A DNA stretch of 63,016 bases, the filler included, from NCBI RefSeq assembly GCF_002087085.1. It is 3 parts of 3 records of this genome, joined end to end, with 100 filler letters (N's around TTAATTAATTAA, not from the genome) between each part and the next. Parts side by side here need not be neighbours in the genome. Positions count along the whole stretch, not along the records: positions 1 to 29,924 come from NZ_MWQY01000029.1; 2 more parts are not named here. One strand, given 5' to 3'. Numbering within the stretch: position 1 is the stretch's first letter; every line of letters begins with the position of its first letter. A model generated the notes under the pieces. That model did no database searches. It was not told the origin of the DNA and saw nothing but the letters and a program-made list of their open reading frames with translations. Both the position numbers and the translations under genes were made by a program. Shown here piece by piece: positions 1 to 9,582 of the stretch.

Positions 1-83
1 GCTAGGGTAAAACCGCTGGCGGAGTTCATTTCTATTCGGAATCGCTCACTTTAGGTAAAACTAAATTTTTTAGGAGATTGAGC

Positions 84-1022
84 ATGAAGAAACTCGCACT
101 TCTACTTCTGGCTCTGGCGATCGTAATCCCCGCCTTTGCCGACGACGCAAAAGTCCTTCCCGCGGGGGTTTTGAGGACGACTATTGCAGGTATTTATAAC
201 ACGTTTGATGAGCAATACGACAAGGACGGTGATAAATTCGATGCTCCCAACGGTAAGGTCTCTGTTTTTAATCTAGCTGGTGCTCTCGAGTACGGTGCTA
301 CTGACCAGATCACTATTGCACTGCAGTGGACACCTGGTTATAACGTTTGGTCTGAGGTTGAAGATAACGATAAAGCTAATCTTAATGGCCCCATGGGACT
401 ATTTATCGGGGCTAAAGGTCAGATCCTTGGACCGAACGGATTTGTGCCTAATGACACAATGCGTTTCGCTGCTGCAGCAGGACTTCTTGTTCCTTTATCT
501 AATCCGGATTGGGAAGAAGAGTATGACAACGTGGTGGCTGGTGATGATTTCCAAGCTAAAGAGATTAATAATGGGGCATTGGGTATTGGTGCAAGACTCT
601 ATTTTGACTATCTAGTTAGCTCGTCTTTTTTCGTAAATCTTTACAATGAAACTATTTTCTATCTCCCCGTTGATAAAAACGGAACAAGCCCGAATCCAGC
701 AGGAACAGATCAGGAGTATAAATACGGGTATAAAACAACCTTCGAGGTGGAGCCTGTTTACACCTATCCGGTAAACGAGAAACTGGATATAACCGGAAGC
801 CTTCCTTTTAACTGGGTTCTTACCCCGGATTATGAAGTAGAAGGTAATGAGGTTGATGACTCAGCAACCAGCTTTCTGAAGATGACCCCCTACGTAGCAG
901 CGTTCTTTAAAACCACCATGCCCTTCGAACTGAAAGCCGGCTATTCTATCCCCCTCATGGGTAAGAATGAGAATGTTGCCAGCACTGTTATCTTCCAGTT
1001 CAAAAGCTACCTGAAGTTCTAA
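84..1022 (+). CDS. Probable outer-membrane beta-barrel / exported protein
   Basis: GGAG RBS before ATG 84; signal peptide MKKLALLLLALAIVIPAFA; amphipathic beta-strand pattern; C-terminal aromatic signature (FKSYLKF). Confidence 0.65.
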   Translation: MKKLALLLLALAIVIPAFADDAKVLPAGVLRTTIAGIYNTFDEQYDKDGDKFDAPNGKVSVFNLAGALEYGATDQITIALQWTPGYNVWSEVEDNDKANLNGPMGLFIGAKGQILGPNGFVPNDTMRFAAAAGLLVPLSNPDWEEEYDNVVAGDDFQAKEINNGALGIGARLYFDYLVSSSFFVNLYNETIFYLPVDKNGTSPNPAGTDQEYKYGYKTTFEVEPVYTYPVNEKLDITGSLPFNWVLTPDYEVEGNEVDDSATSFLKMTPYVAAFFKTTMPFELKAGYSIPLMGKNENVASTVIFQFKSYLKF

Positions 1023-1047
1023 AAAAACGCCTTACACAAAACTTTCC

Positions 1048-1075
1048 AGCCCGGCACACCCCGCCGGGCTTTTTT
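1048..1075 (+). terminator. Intrinsic terminator
   Basis: AGCCCGGC-acacccc-GCCGGGCT followed by a T run, just after the stop at 1022. Confidence 0.85.
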
Positions 1076-1109
1076 CATGTCCAATCACCAACCCCGCATC
1101 CCACGACAA

Positions 1110-1266
1110 CTCCGCGCCCTCTCCTCTTTGCGATCTCTTCCCCTCTGCGCTCTCAGCGCCCTCTCCTCCCTCTGCGTTCCTCAGCGGCCTCTGCGTGGTT
1201 CTGCGTCCTCTCCTCCCTCTGCGTTCCTCAGCGGCCTCTGCGTGGTCTCCTCCCCCTCTGCGTCCC
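1110..1266. repeat. Pyrimidine-rich tandem repeat built on CTCTGCG/CTCAGCG; exact 40-nt duplication
   Basis: CCTCTCCTCCCTCTGCGTTCCTCAGCGGCCTCTGCGTGGT at 1160-1199 and 1207-1246, with degenerate copies either side. Confidence 0.9.
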
Positions 1267-1270
1267 GCAC

Positions 1271-1299
1271 TTGTCATTATTCCCCTTCTTTGCTATCAT
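1271..1299 (+). promoter_or_regulatory. sigma70-type promoter for tex
   Basis: TTGTCA-17 nt-TATCAT with extended -10 TGn. Confidence 0.6.
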
Positions 1300-1450
1300 T
1301 GCTGCATCCCATGTCTTTCCGTTCAGCAACGTAAATGACTAATACAACGACTCTGCATCACCGCCCCGCCCGAAATCGCGGGAACGCGGTTACTTGTGCA
1401 GGTCCTGAATACACCGGCCACTGAGATATATGCCGGTTCAAGGAGAAATT

Positions 1451-3751
1451 ATGCCAGAAAGCTACCCGGAGGTTATCGCACTGGAACAGCGTATCGAACC
1501 GCGACAGGTCGAAGCGGTACTCAAGCTGTTCGAAGAAGGTGCGACAGTGCCCTTTATCGCCCGCTATCGTAAAGAAGCGACCGGCGGACTCGATGAGGTG
1601 CAGATTATCGCAATTCGCGACAGAATAGAAAAGCTCAAGGAGCTGCACAAGCGTCGTGAAGCGATTCTGAATACCATGCGGGAGCACGATCAGCTTACTC
1701 CTGAACTGGAAAAAGAGATTAATGCCGCTGACACTATGGCCCATCTGGAGGATCTCTATCTGCCCTTCAGGCCCAAGCGTCGTACCCGGGCCATCATTGC
1801 CAAGGAGAAGGGACTCGAGGATCTTGCCCACAAGATTTATGACGAGGACCATATCGATTTGCTGGCTGAAGCCGAAAAGGCGGTTGATCCGGAGAAAGGG
1901 GTCGATTCTGTAGAGTTCGCTCTTCAGGGTGCCCGGGACATCGTTGCAGAATGGATCAGCGAGGACCCGGATGTGCGGGCTGACCTGCGCCACCTGTTTG
2001 AGGACGAAGCCACAATCTCTTCCACCGTCGTCAAAGGCAAGGAACGGGACCGGGATGCCCACAAGTACAAGGACTATTTCAACTGGTCCGAAAAAGCTTT
2101 CTCTGCGCCGTCCCATCGGGTTCTGGCTGCCCTGCGCGGGGCCGACGAGGGATTTCTTACGGTTCACATCCACCCCGACGAAGAGGCCACCATCGACATG
2201 CTGGAGCGGGGTTTCACCAACGGCAGAGACGACGATACCGAACAGTTGAAACTTTCCATCCGGGATGCCTACAAGCGCCTGATAGCTCCTTCCCTGGAGA
2301 ATGAGTTCAGAAAAACGATAAAAAAACGGGCCGACGAGGCCGCGGTACAGGTCTTTGCCCAGAACCTCAAGGACCTCATGCTGGCAGCCCCCCTTGGACA
2401 GAAACCGGTACTGGCCATTGATCCGGGCCTTCGAACGGGCTGCAAGCTTGTATGTCTGACCGCCCAGGGAGACCTGGTTCATACCGAGACGATTTTCCCC
2501 CTTCCTCCCCGCAACCGCAAGCAGGACGCCGCGGAAACGGTACGGAAGCTGATCGATAAATATAAAATCGAAGCCATTGCCATCGGAAACGGTACCGGCG
2601 GCAGGGAAGCCTTCGCCTTTGTCCGGACCCTGGGACTCAAGATTCCCCTGGTAATGGTCAACGAGTCGGGAGCATCGGTCTATTCCGCCTCAAAAGCGGC
2701 CAGGGAAGAGTTCCCGGACTACGATGTTACAGTCCGGGGTGCTATATCCATCGGACGGCGGCTGATGGATCCTCTGGCGGAACTCGTCAAAATCGATCCC
2801 AAGGCCATCGGCGTGGGGCAGTACCAGCACGATGTGGACCAGAAGCTCCTGAAGCGCAGCCTTGACGATGTTGTGGTATCCGCGGTCAACTCCGTGGGGG
2901 TGGAGGTAAATACAGCCTCTCCCCATCTGCTGCAGTATGTCAGCGGTCTGGGCGGAAAGATCGCCCGTTCCATCGCCAAGTATCGGGAAACTCACGGTGC
3001 CTTTAAAACCAGGGAAGATCTCAAGTCCATAGAGGGAATGGGAGACAAAACCTACGAACTTGCCGCCGGATTTCTGCGTATCCAGGAGGGTGAGAATCCG
3101 CTGGACAGAAGCGCGGTTCATCCCGAGCGGTATCCCATTGTGGAAAAAATGGCCAGTGATATCGGCGTTGATATAAAGGCTCTGATGGATGACGCCTCCC
3201 TGCGGGACCAGATCGATCTTGCCAGTTATGTCGAAGGGGATGTGGGGCTTCCCACCCTGAAAGATATTATGACCGAGCTTGCGAAACCCGGCCGGGACCC
3301 CCGGGACGAGTTTGAGGCTGTCGCCTTTGCAGAAGGGGTCACCGAGATTTCCCAGCTGGAACCCGGTATGGAACTCCCCGGTATCGTGACCAACGTAACA
3401 AACTTCGGTGCTTTTGTAGACATCGGCGTGCACCAGGACGGACTGGTACATATCTCGGAACTCTCCGACGATTTCATCCAGAATCCCGCGGACGTTGTAA
3501 AGGTTCATCAGCAGGTCAAGGTCAAGGTTCTTGAGGTCGATGTCGATCGCAAGCGGATCGCCCTTACCATGAAGAGCGGTGCCCCGTCTCAACGGAGCAA
3601 CGACCGGCGACCTCCCAGGAATGACAACCGCGGCGGCGGACCCCGGGGCGGCGGTAATCGAGGTGGCGGTAACCGCGGCGGCGGACGGGGCGGCAGGAGC
3701 GATAACAGCTCCGGCGACTCATACAATCCCTTTGCCGATCTTTTGTCCTGA
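1451..3751 (+). CDS. tex: Tex family RNA-binding transcription accessory protein with C-terminal S1 domain and RGG-rich tail
   Basis: EGATVPFIARYRKEATGGLDE, AIDPGLRTGCK, IGVGQYQHDV, S1 motif NVTNFGAFVDIGVHQDGLVHIS; AGGAG RBS before ATG 1451. Confidence 0.95.
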   Translation: MPESYPEVIALEQRIEPRQVEAVLKLFEEGATVPFIARYRKEATGGLDEVQIIAIRDRIEKLKELHKRREAILNTMREHDQLTPELEKEINAADTMAHLEDLYLPFRPKRRTRAIIAKEKGLEDLAHKIYDEDHIDLLAEAEKAVDPEKGVDSVEFALQGARDIVAEWISEDPDVRADLRHLFEDEATISSTVVKGKERDRDAHKYKDYFNWSEKAFSAPSHRVLAALRGADEGFLTVHIHPDEEATIDMLERGFTNGRDDDTEQLKLSIRDAYKRLIAPSLENEFRKTIKKRADEAAVQVFAQNLKDLMLAAPLGQKPVLAIDPGLRTGCKLVCLTAQGDLVHTETIFPLPPRNRKQDAAETVRKLIDKYKIEAIAIGNGTGGREAFAFVRTLGLKIPLVMVNESGASVYSASKAAREEFPDYDVTVRGAISIGRRLMDPLAELVKIDPKAIGVGQYQHDVDQKLLKRSLDDVVVSAVNSVGVEVNTASPHLLQYVSGLGGKIARSIAKYRETHGAFKTREDLKSIEGMGDKTYELAAGFLRIQEGENPLDRSAVHPERYPIVEKMASDIGVDIKALMDDASLRDQIDLASYVEGDVGLPTLKDIMTELAKPGRDPRDEFEAVAFAEGVTEISQLEPGMELPGIVTNVTNFGAFVDIGVHQDGLVHISELSDDFIQNPADVVKVHQQVKVKVLEVDVDRKRIALTMKSGAPSQRSNDRRPPRNDNRGGGPRGGGNRGGGNRGGGRGGRSDNSSGDSYNPFADLLS

Positions 3752-3763
3752 TTGCATCCCCGT

Positions 3764-6730
3764 ATGAATATGCACCACGGTCAGAGCATCCACGGCTTCC
3801 GCATCGAATCGGTCAGTGATCTTCCTGAATTCCGCGGCAGGGGAATCAGCGCGCGTCACGAAGCCACAGGGCTGGAGCTTTTTCATCTTCATAACGATGA
3901 TCCGGAGAATCTTTTCTCCTTCGTATTCAAGACCCCGCCGAAGGACAACAGCGGGGTCGCTCACATCGTGGAGCATGCCGTTCTCGCCGGATCACGGCGG
4001 TTTCCCATCAAGGACCCTTTTCTTGTACTGCTGAAGGGGAGCCTGAATACCTTTCTCAATGCCATGACCTACCCTGACAAGACTGTCTACCCGGGAGCAA
4101 GTACGGTCCCCAGGGATTACTATAACCTGATGACCGTCTATGGAGACGCTGTTTTCTTTCCCCTTCTGCGCAGGGAGATCTTTTTGCAGGAGGGAGTGCG
4201 CCTTCAGCCCTCGGAGGACGGCCTCGAACTTTCCGGGGTGGTTTTTAACGAAATGCAGGGAAACTACTCCTCCTTCGAGTCCCTTGTGGGGGAGTGGTCA
4301 TATCGGGGTCTCTTTCCCGATTCAAGCTACGGCTATGATTCCGGCGGTGAACCCCAGGCTATCAGGGAGCTGAGTTACGAAGAGTTCTGCAGGTATCACG
4401 CCGATTATTATCACCCCTCCAACTGCAGGATTTTTTTATACGGTAACATCCCCACGGAAGAACAGCTGGCCTTTCTGCAGGAGCAGTTTCTGTCATCCTT
4501 TGACTCGCCCCGGCAGGTGGATGCCTCCATAAGCATGGAGCCGGATTGGGATGCTCCCCGTACCTTGACGGTCAACGCTCCCGCCGGCTCAGGGGATGAG
4601 GGGGGAGGCGAAAACGGGGCCAGTGTGCTGGTGAGCTGGCGCCTGAGGAATGTTGACGATCCGGAATACCTCCTTGCATGGGAGGTACTTGCCGAAATAC
4701 TGCTGGGAAACCCCGGCTCACCTCTCTACAAAGCTCTGATGGACTCGCGGCTGGGAGAGGACCTTTCTCCTTCCTGCGGACTGGATTCGGAACTCCGGGA
4801 CCTGGTTTTTTCCGCCGGTCTCAGGGGGATGGATCCGGACAGGAGAGAAAGCCTCGAGGATACAATTTTCGGGCTGTTGAAAAACCTTGCCGCGGAGGGA
4901 ATCCCCGGGGAGTTTCGTGAAGCGGCTCTCGCCAGAATCGATTTCCGTCACCGGGAAATCCGCGGAGGTGTTCCTTTCGGACTCAGGCTGATGGGAAGAG
5001 CTCTGCGGGGATGGCTCCACGGGCATCGACCGGAGACGACGATGCGCTATGAGGAGGTCATTCAGTCCCTCAAGACCCGTCTTCAGCGGGAGCCGGACTA
5101 TTTTTCCCGGCTTATCAGGGAAGAGCTCCTGGAGAATACCAACCGGGTGGTGGTTACCATTCGTCCCGATGATCAGTATTACCTTCATAATGAAGAGGAT
5201 GAAAAAGAGTGGCTCTCCAGGAAGGTCTCTGAACTGGGAGGTGAGGGAGTACGAAAGGTAACTGAGGAGTATCGCCTGATGACGAGCTTCCAGGAGACGC
5301 CGGATTCGGCGGAGGAGCTTGCGAAGGTCCCCTGTGTTTCCATCGAGGATCTGCCCCGGGAAGTTAAACGATACTCCCTGGAGGATCATCTCCTGAACGG
5401 CAGGGCCGGAATGGTTCCCGTCTCCCTTCATGAGACCTTCTGTAACGGCGTGGTGTATCTTGATCTTGCCATTGATGTCTCCGGGCTTGAACAGGATGAG
5501 TACCTGCTCCTGCCCTATTTTTCAAAGTATCTCTGCAATACGGGATACCCGGGGGTTTCCTACGATCGGGTGGCCACCCTGCTGGCGCGCCATTCCGGAG
5601 GTTTTTACTCTTTCCTCGAGGCCTCGGACAGGATCGATGCACCTGATGATCCGGCGCTCTATCTCTATTTCCGGATCAAGGCCCTGGAAGCTGAGCTGCC
5701 CCGGACTCTGGAGATAATCAGCCGACTTCTGAACAACGGAATTCTGGATGACCGTCAGAGACTGAAAGAGGAACTCCTGGAACTGCGGAATGATATGCGT
5801 TCTGCAGTGGTATCTTCGGGACACTCCTTTGCGTCTTTACGGGCATCCCGTGGGTTCTCCGGAGTTCTTTCTCTGGAAGAGCTGTGGCGCGGGATCGAAC
5901 AGTTTCTGTATATAAACGCCCTGAGCAGCGATTTCGATGATTCCTGGAAAAAGCTCTCCCGAAGGATGTCCGCACTTCGGAAGAAGCTCCTGACCCGCGA
6001 ACGCATGCTTCTGAATATAACCGCGGATACCGGTCTCCTGGAGAGAATTGAACCGGCGGTGACGGAATTTTTCACCGCCTTTCCCTCCGGAGAGAAGAAG
6101 AAAAAGCGACCCCTCGCTGATGCCCTGCCCGTTCCCCGATACCAGGCCCTGCTTATTCCGACAACGGTGAATTACGCGGCTTTGGCATTTCCTTCTTCCA
6201 GACTGGGAGACAGGGAGCATCCCTATGAGGACCTTCTTGCCCATATCCTGAAGGTCGAATCCCTCTGGGAGAAGATCCGTATGCAGGGCGGGGCCTACGG
6301 TGCTTTTGCTTCGGTGAATGCAACCGAAGGTGTCTTTGCCATGGCCAGTTATCGCGATCCCCATACGTTCCGGACCTTCCAGGCATTCCGGGATTCCCTG
6401 GCGGAACTGAAGGAAGGTACCGATCCTCTGCTCCTGGAAAAAGCTGTTATCAGTGTCGCGGGACGGGAACTCCGGCCTCTGGCCCCCGGTGAGGAGGGGA
6501 TGCTCGCCTTTCGACGAAGACTCTACTCAATCAGTGACGATGAGAGACAGAAAAAGCGGGAAATAATTCTCTCCGCCGGATCTGAGGATATACGCAGGGC
6601 TGCCGAAAGGCTGATGTCTGCCCTGGATGCTCATGCAAAGGCGGTCCTGGTAACCAGCAGGGAGGGATGGAAGGAATCAGCGGAGATTATTCCTGAACTC
6701 GCTTCCGACTATCTGAACCTCCCGGTTTAG
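3764..6730 (+). CDS. Insulinase-family (M16C, presequence protease-like) zinc metallopeptidase
   Basis: HxxEH motif (GVAHIVEH), FLNAMTYPDKTVYP, LWEKIRMQGGAYG, SYRDP; start approximate. Confidence 0.92.
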   Translation: MNMHHGQSIHGFRIESVSDLPEFRGRGISARHEATGLELFHLHNDDPENLFSFVFKTPPKDNSGVAHIVEHAVLAGSRRFPIKDPFLVLLKGSLNTFLNAMTYPDKTVYPGASTVPRDYYNLMTVYGDAVFFPLLRREIFLQEGVRLQPSEDGLELSGVVFNEMQGNYSSFESLVGEWSYRGLFPDSSYGYDSGGEPQAIRELSYEEFCRYHADYYHPSNCRIFLYGNIPTEEQLAFLQEQFLSSFDSPRQVDASISMEPDWDAPRTLTVNAPAGSGDEGGGENGASVLVSWRLRNVDDPEYLLAWEVLAEILLGNPGSPLYKALMDSRLGEDLSPSCGLDSELRDLVFSAGLRGMDPDRRESLEDTIFGLLKNLAAEGIPGEFREAALARIDFRHREIRGGVPFGLRLMGRALRGWLHGHRPETTMRYEEVIQSLKTRLQREPDYFSRLIREELLENTNRVVVTIRPDDQYYLHNEEDEKEWLSRKVSELGGEGVRKVTEEYRLMTSFQETPDSAEELAKVPCVSIEDLPREVKRYSLEDHLLNGRAGMVPVSLHETFCNGVVYLDLAIDVSGLEQDEYLLLPYFSKYLCNTGYPGVSYDRVATLLARHSGGFYSFLEASDRIDAPDDPALYLYFRIKALEAELPRTLEIISRLLNNGILDDRQRLKEELLELRNDMRSAVVSSGHSFASLRASRGFSGVLSLEELWRGIEQFLYINALSSDFDDSWKKLSRRMSALRKKLLTRERMLLNITADTGLLERIEPAVTEFFTAFPSGEKKKKRPLADALPVPRYQALLIPTTVNYAALAFPSSRLGDREHPYEDLLAHILKVESLWEKIRMQGGAYGAFASVNATEGVFAMASYRDPHTFRTFQAFRDSLAELKEGTDPLLLEKAVISVAGRELRPLAPGEEGMLAFRRRLYSISDDERQKKREIILSAGSEDIRRAAERLMSALDAHAKAVLVTSREGWKESAEIIPELASDYLNLPV

Positions 6731-6740
6731 GAGGCGGGGC

Positions 6741-7703
6741 TCAGTATCCCCGCTCCCGGTCAACCAGATTTGCCGGTTCTTTTCCGTTTATGTAGAGTTC
6801 CAGGTTACTGAGAAAAAGCGCGTTTCCCCGTTCTTCGTAACGGGGCGTAACCCCCGCGTAGTGTCCGGTCAGGATCAGGTTGTCCATCTTCCAGGCGGGA
6901 GAATCATTGCCCAGGGGCTCCGGATCGATTACATCCAGACATGCACCGGCGATGCTTCCCTTTTCAAGGGCTTCGAGCAGTGCGTCCGTATCGACGGTTT
7001 TGCCGCGGCCAACGTTTATGAAAACCGATTCCGGATGCATCAGGCTGAACTCCCCGGGACCAAAGAGCCCTTCAGTCTCCGGAGTCAGGGGAAGAATATT
7101 CAGCACCACGTCGGCGGTTTTCAGGTATTCCCGGAAGCCTTCCCAGGGAACAACTTCGTCAAAGGGACCAAGACGGTCGAGATGACGCCGTTTTGCGGCA
7201 ATTACCCGCATGCCGAAGGCCCTGGCGATTGTGGCGCTGCGGCGTCCGATGGCACCGGCCCCCAGGATCAGCATGGTTTTCCCCTCCAGTTCAAAGAGCC
7301 GCAGGGAGGGTACCTTTTTCCATTTGTGCTGGCCGCGAAAATCCTGAGAGTACTGCAGTCCCCGGGAAAGGGTCAGGAGCAGGGCAAAAATGTGTTCCGT
7401 CATGGCTACCGGATGGATTCCGCTGGCGGTGCTGATCTGAAAGGAGCTCTTCATTATCCGGGGATCTTCCAGCAGATGGTCAACCCCCGCGGTCCAGGCC
7501 TGGAACCATTTAAGGGCGGGCATCCTGAGGAGCAGTTCGGTATCTACCTCCCGGAATGCGATCTCCGCATCCGCAAGGTACGGGGAAAGTTCTTTCTCCG
7601 TTTTTCCGCAGACGACTTCATATCCTGGCGCAATGGACCGGATCTTATCGATCAGCTGGTCATCCGCCTTCGCCGGATCTGTTCCATAGATTAAATACTT
7701 CAT
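6741..7703 (-). CDS. D-2-hydroxyacid dehydrogenase family protein
   Basis: GAGAIG Rossmann motif, FINVGRG, LDVIDPEPL, LTGH; RBS before ATG 7703. Confidence 0.9.
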   Translation of the reverse strand: MKYLIYGTDPAKADDQLIDKIRSIAPGYEVVCGKTEKELSPYLADAEIAFREVDTELLLRMPALKWFQAWTAGVDHLLEDPRIMKSSFQISTASGIHPVAMTEHIFALLLTLSRGLQYSQDFRGQHKWKKVPSLRLFELEGKTMLILGAGAIGRRSATIARAFGMRVIAAKRRHLDRLGPFDEVVPWEGFREYLKTADVVLNILPLTPETEGLFGPGEFSLMHPESVFINVGRGKTVDTDALLEALEKGSIAGACLDVIDPEPLGNDSPAWKMDNLILTGHYAGVTPRYEERGNALFLSNLELYINGKEPANLVDRERGY

Positions 7704-7762
7704 TCGATAAACTCCTTGTGTGTAGAATATAGCCCTGCCGCCGGAAAGGGACAAGGCAATCT

Positions 7763-8542
7763 TCATGTGCGGTAGACGATGTGGGGTTTACCATTTATGG
7801 GATTTGTCGTGACCGCCGCTTCAACTCCGTAGACCTCCTCGATCGCCCGGGGGGTCAGAATCTCCCCGGGGGGACCTGAACTGTAGACGGAACCTTCATG
7901 CAGCAGCAGTACCATGTCTGCATAACCGAGGGCGAAATTGAGATCATGGAGGATCGTCACCACGGCTATCCCCTTGTCCCGGCACAGATCCTTAAGAAGT
8001 CCGAGTATTGCAGTCTGATGTCGAATATCCAGGTGATTGGTCGGTTCATCCAGGGCGAGGATCTGCGGCTCCTGGGTCAGTGCCCGGGCTATCACGACCC
8101 GCTGGGCTTCTCCACCGGAGAGTCGGGTAATGTGCTGGTCCCGGAGTTCAAGAACTTCCGCCCGGCGCATGGCTTCATGGGCGATCTCCCTGTCCCCGGC
8201 GCTGAGTCGCTGCAGGCGTCCCAGGTGGGGGTACCGTCCCATCAGGACAATGTCCTCAACGGTGTATTCGTAATCCAGGGAGGGATTCTGCGGGACGCTC
8301 CCTGCGGCCCTGGCGTATTCCCTGCGGGATAATTCGCGTATTTCCCTGCCGTCCAGCAGAACAGTACCCCTCTGCGGGGTCAGCTGGCGCAGCAGGTTTT
8401 TGAGAAAGGTGGTTTTCCCGGAACCGTTGGGACCGATTATGGCGCTAAAGACCCCGGGCTGCACCGAGAGGGAGACATCCCGGAGAACCCGGCGGTTTCC
8501 GTAGGAAAAGCTGACTCCGCTGGCATCGAGTTTCCCCTTCAT
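7763..8542 (-). CDS. ABC transporter ATPase (cobalamin/Fe-siderophore type)
   Basis: GPNGSGKT, LSGGEAQRV, LDEPTNHLD, LHDLN. Confidence 0.92.
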   Translation of the reverse strand: MKGKLDASGVSFSYGNRRVLRDVSLSVQPGVFSAIIGPNGSGKTTFLKNLLRQLTPQRGTVLLDGREIRELSRREYARAAGSVPQNPSLDYEYTVEDIVLMGRYPHLGRLQRLSAGDREIAHEAMRRAEVLELRDQHITRLSGGEAQRVVIARALTQEPQILALDEPTNHLDIRHQTAILGLLKDLCRDKGIAVVTILHDLNFALGYADMVLLLHEGSVYSSGPPGEILTPRAIEEVYGVEAAVTTNPINGKPHIVYRT

Positions 8543-9582
8543 GCCGGTCTCCCCGTCCTGCGGCGCAGCAGATAGAGAAAATAGGGGGCCCCGAAGAGGG
8601 CGGTAATAATTCCCACGGGAATCTCCGTCGGTTCAAGAAGGGTCCGTGCCAGGGTATCGCTCACCACGCAGAAAAGGGCTCCGCTGAACATCGCCCAGGG
8701 AAGGAGGAGTCTGTGGCGGGGACCTGTGACAATGCGTACGGCGTGGGGAACAATAAGCCCGACAAAGCCGATGATACCGCTTACCATAACCGCTGCGGCA
8801 CTGATCAGGGTAGCAGTAACAAGAAGAAAAAGGCGTGTTCTTTGAACATGCATTCCCAGGGTGCCTGCGGTATCCTCACCCATGCTCAGAAGATCCAGAT
8901 CCCGGTTGAAAAGGGAGATCAGGATCGAAGCGGACAGAATAATGGGTCCCGCCAGGAGTATCTGCTCCCAGCCTGCGGCGGAGAAGCTGCCGAAGGTCCA
9001 GATTACGATTGATTCCACCTGCTCCCGGTTCAGGTACATCATCAGGGAGATGCCGGCGGAAAGGAGAAAGCTGACGGCGATGCCCGCCAGAAGCAGGCTG
9101 ATCAGGGACGCATCCCTGAGCCCGCCGGCTACGCCCAGTACCAGCAGGGTTGCGGCCAGGGCACCGAGGAAGGCCGAGGCAGGAACCAGACCGGGCCCTA
9201 TAAGGGGCAGGGCGGACAGGCCGGAAACCATGGCCATGGTTACCCCGAAAGCGGCTCCCGAGGAGACCCCCAGCACATAGGGATCTGCCATGGGATTGCG
9301 GAAAACCCCCTGAAATACCACTCCCCCCGCGGCCAGACCGGTACCGACCAGCAGGGCGAGGATAATCCGGGGAAGACGTATCTGGAGTACAATAAGCTCC
9401 ATGGTTTCGGGGTAGCTCCAGTTTAAAAAGGGAAAGAGCCGGTTGAGGATAATCCCGCTGGAATCCCTGAAACTCACGCTGGCGGAACCGAAGGAGGCGG
9501 AGAGAAGAATGACCATCGCCATTATAATGGGGAGGGTAAAACTGAGGGGACCCGCCAAGGGTTTCCGTGAAGGAGTTTTCAT
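8539..9582 (-). CDS. FecCD/BtuC-family ABC permease
   Basis: IRLPRI, FRNPMADPYVLGVSSGA, GIIGFVGLIVPH, EIPVGIITALFGAP; ATG overlaps upstream stop. Confidence 0.92.
   Translation of the reverse strand: MKTPSRKPLAGPLSFTLPIIMAMVILLSASFGSASVSFRDSSGIILNRLFPFLNWSYPETMELIVLQIRLPRIILALLVGTGLAAGGVVFQGVFRNPMADPYVLGVSSGAAFGVTMAMVSGLSALPLIGPGLVPASAFLGALAATLLVLGVAGGLRDASLISLLLAGIAVSFLLSAGISLMMYLNREQVESIVIWTFGSFSAAGWEQILLAGPIILSASILISLFNRDLDLLSMGEDTAGTLGMHVQRTRLFLLVTATLISAAAVMVSGIIGFVGLIVPHAVRIVTGPRHRLLLPWAMFSGALFCVVSDTLARTLLEPTEIPVGIITALFGAPYFLYLLRRRTGRPA

Noticed and set aside
1..70. Riboswitch upstream of the outer-membrane protein gene (two GGTAAAAC motifs)
   Set aside because: Truncated by the window edge; no family consensus could be matched
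1110..1266. CRISPR array (also considered for the contig 3 repeats)
   Set aside because: No constant repeat separated by unique 25-45 nt spacers; no cas genes
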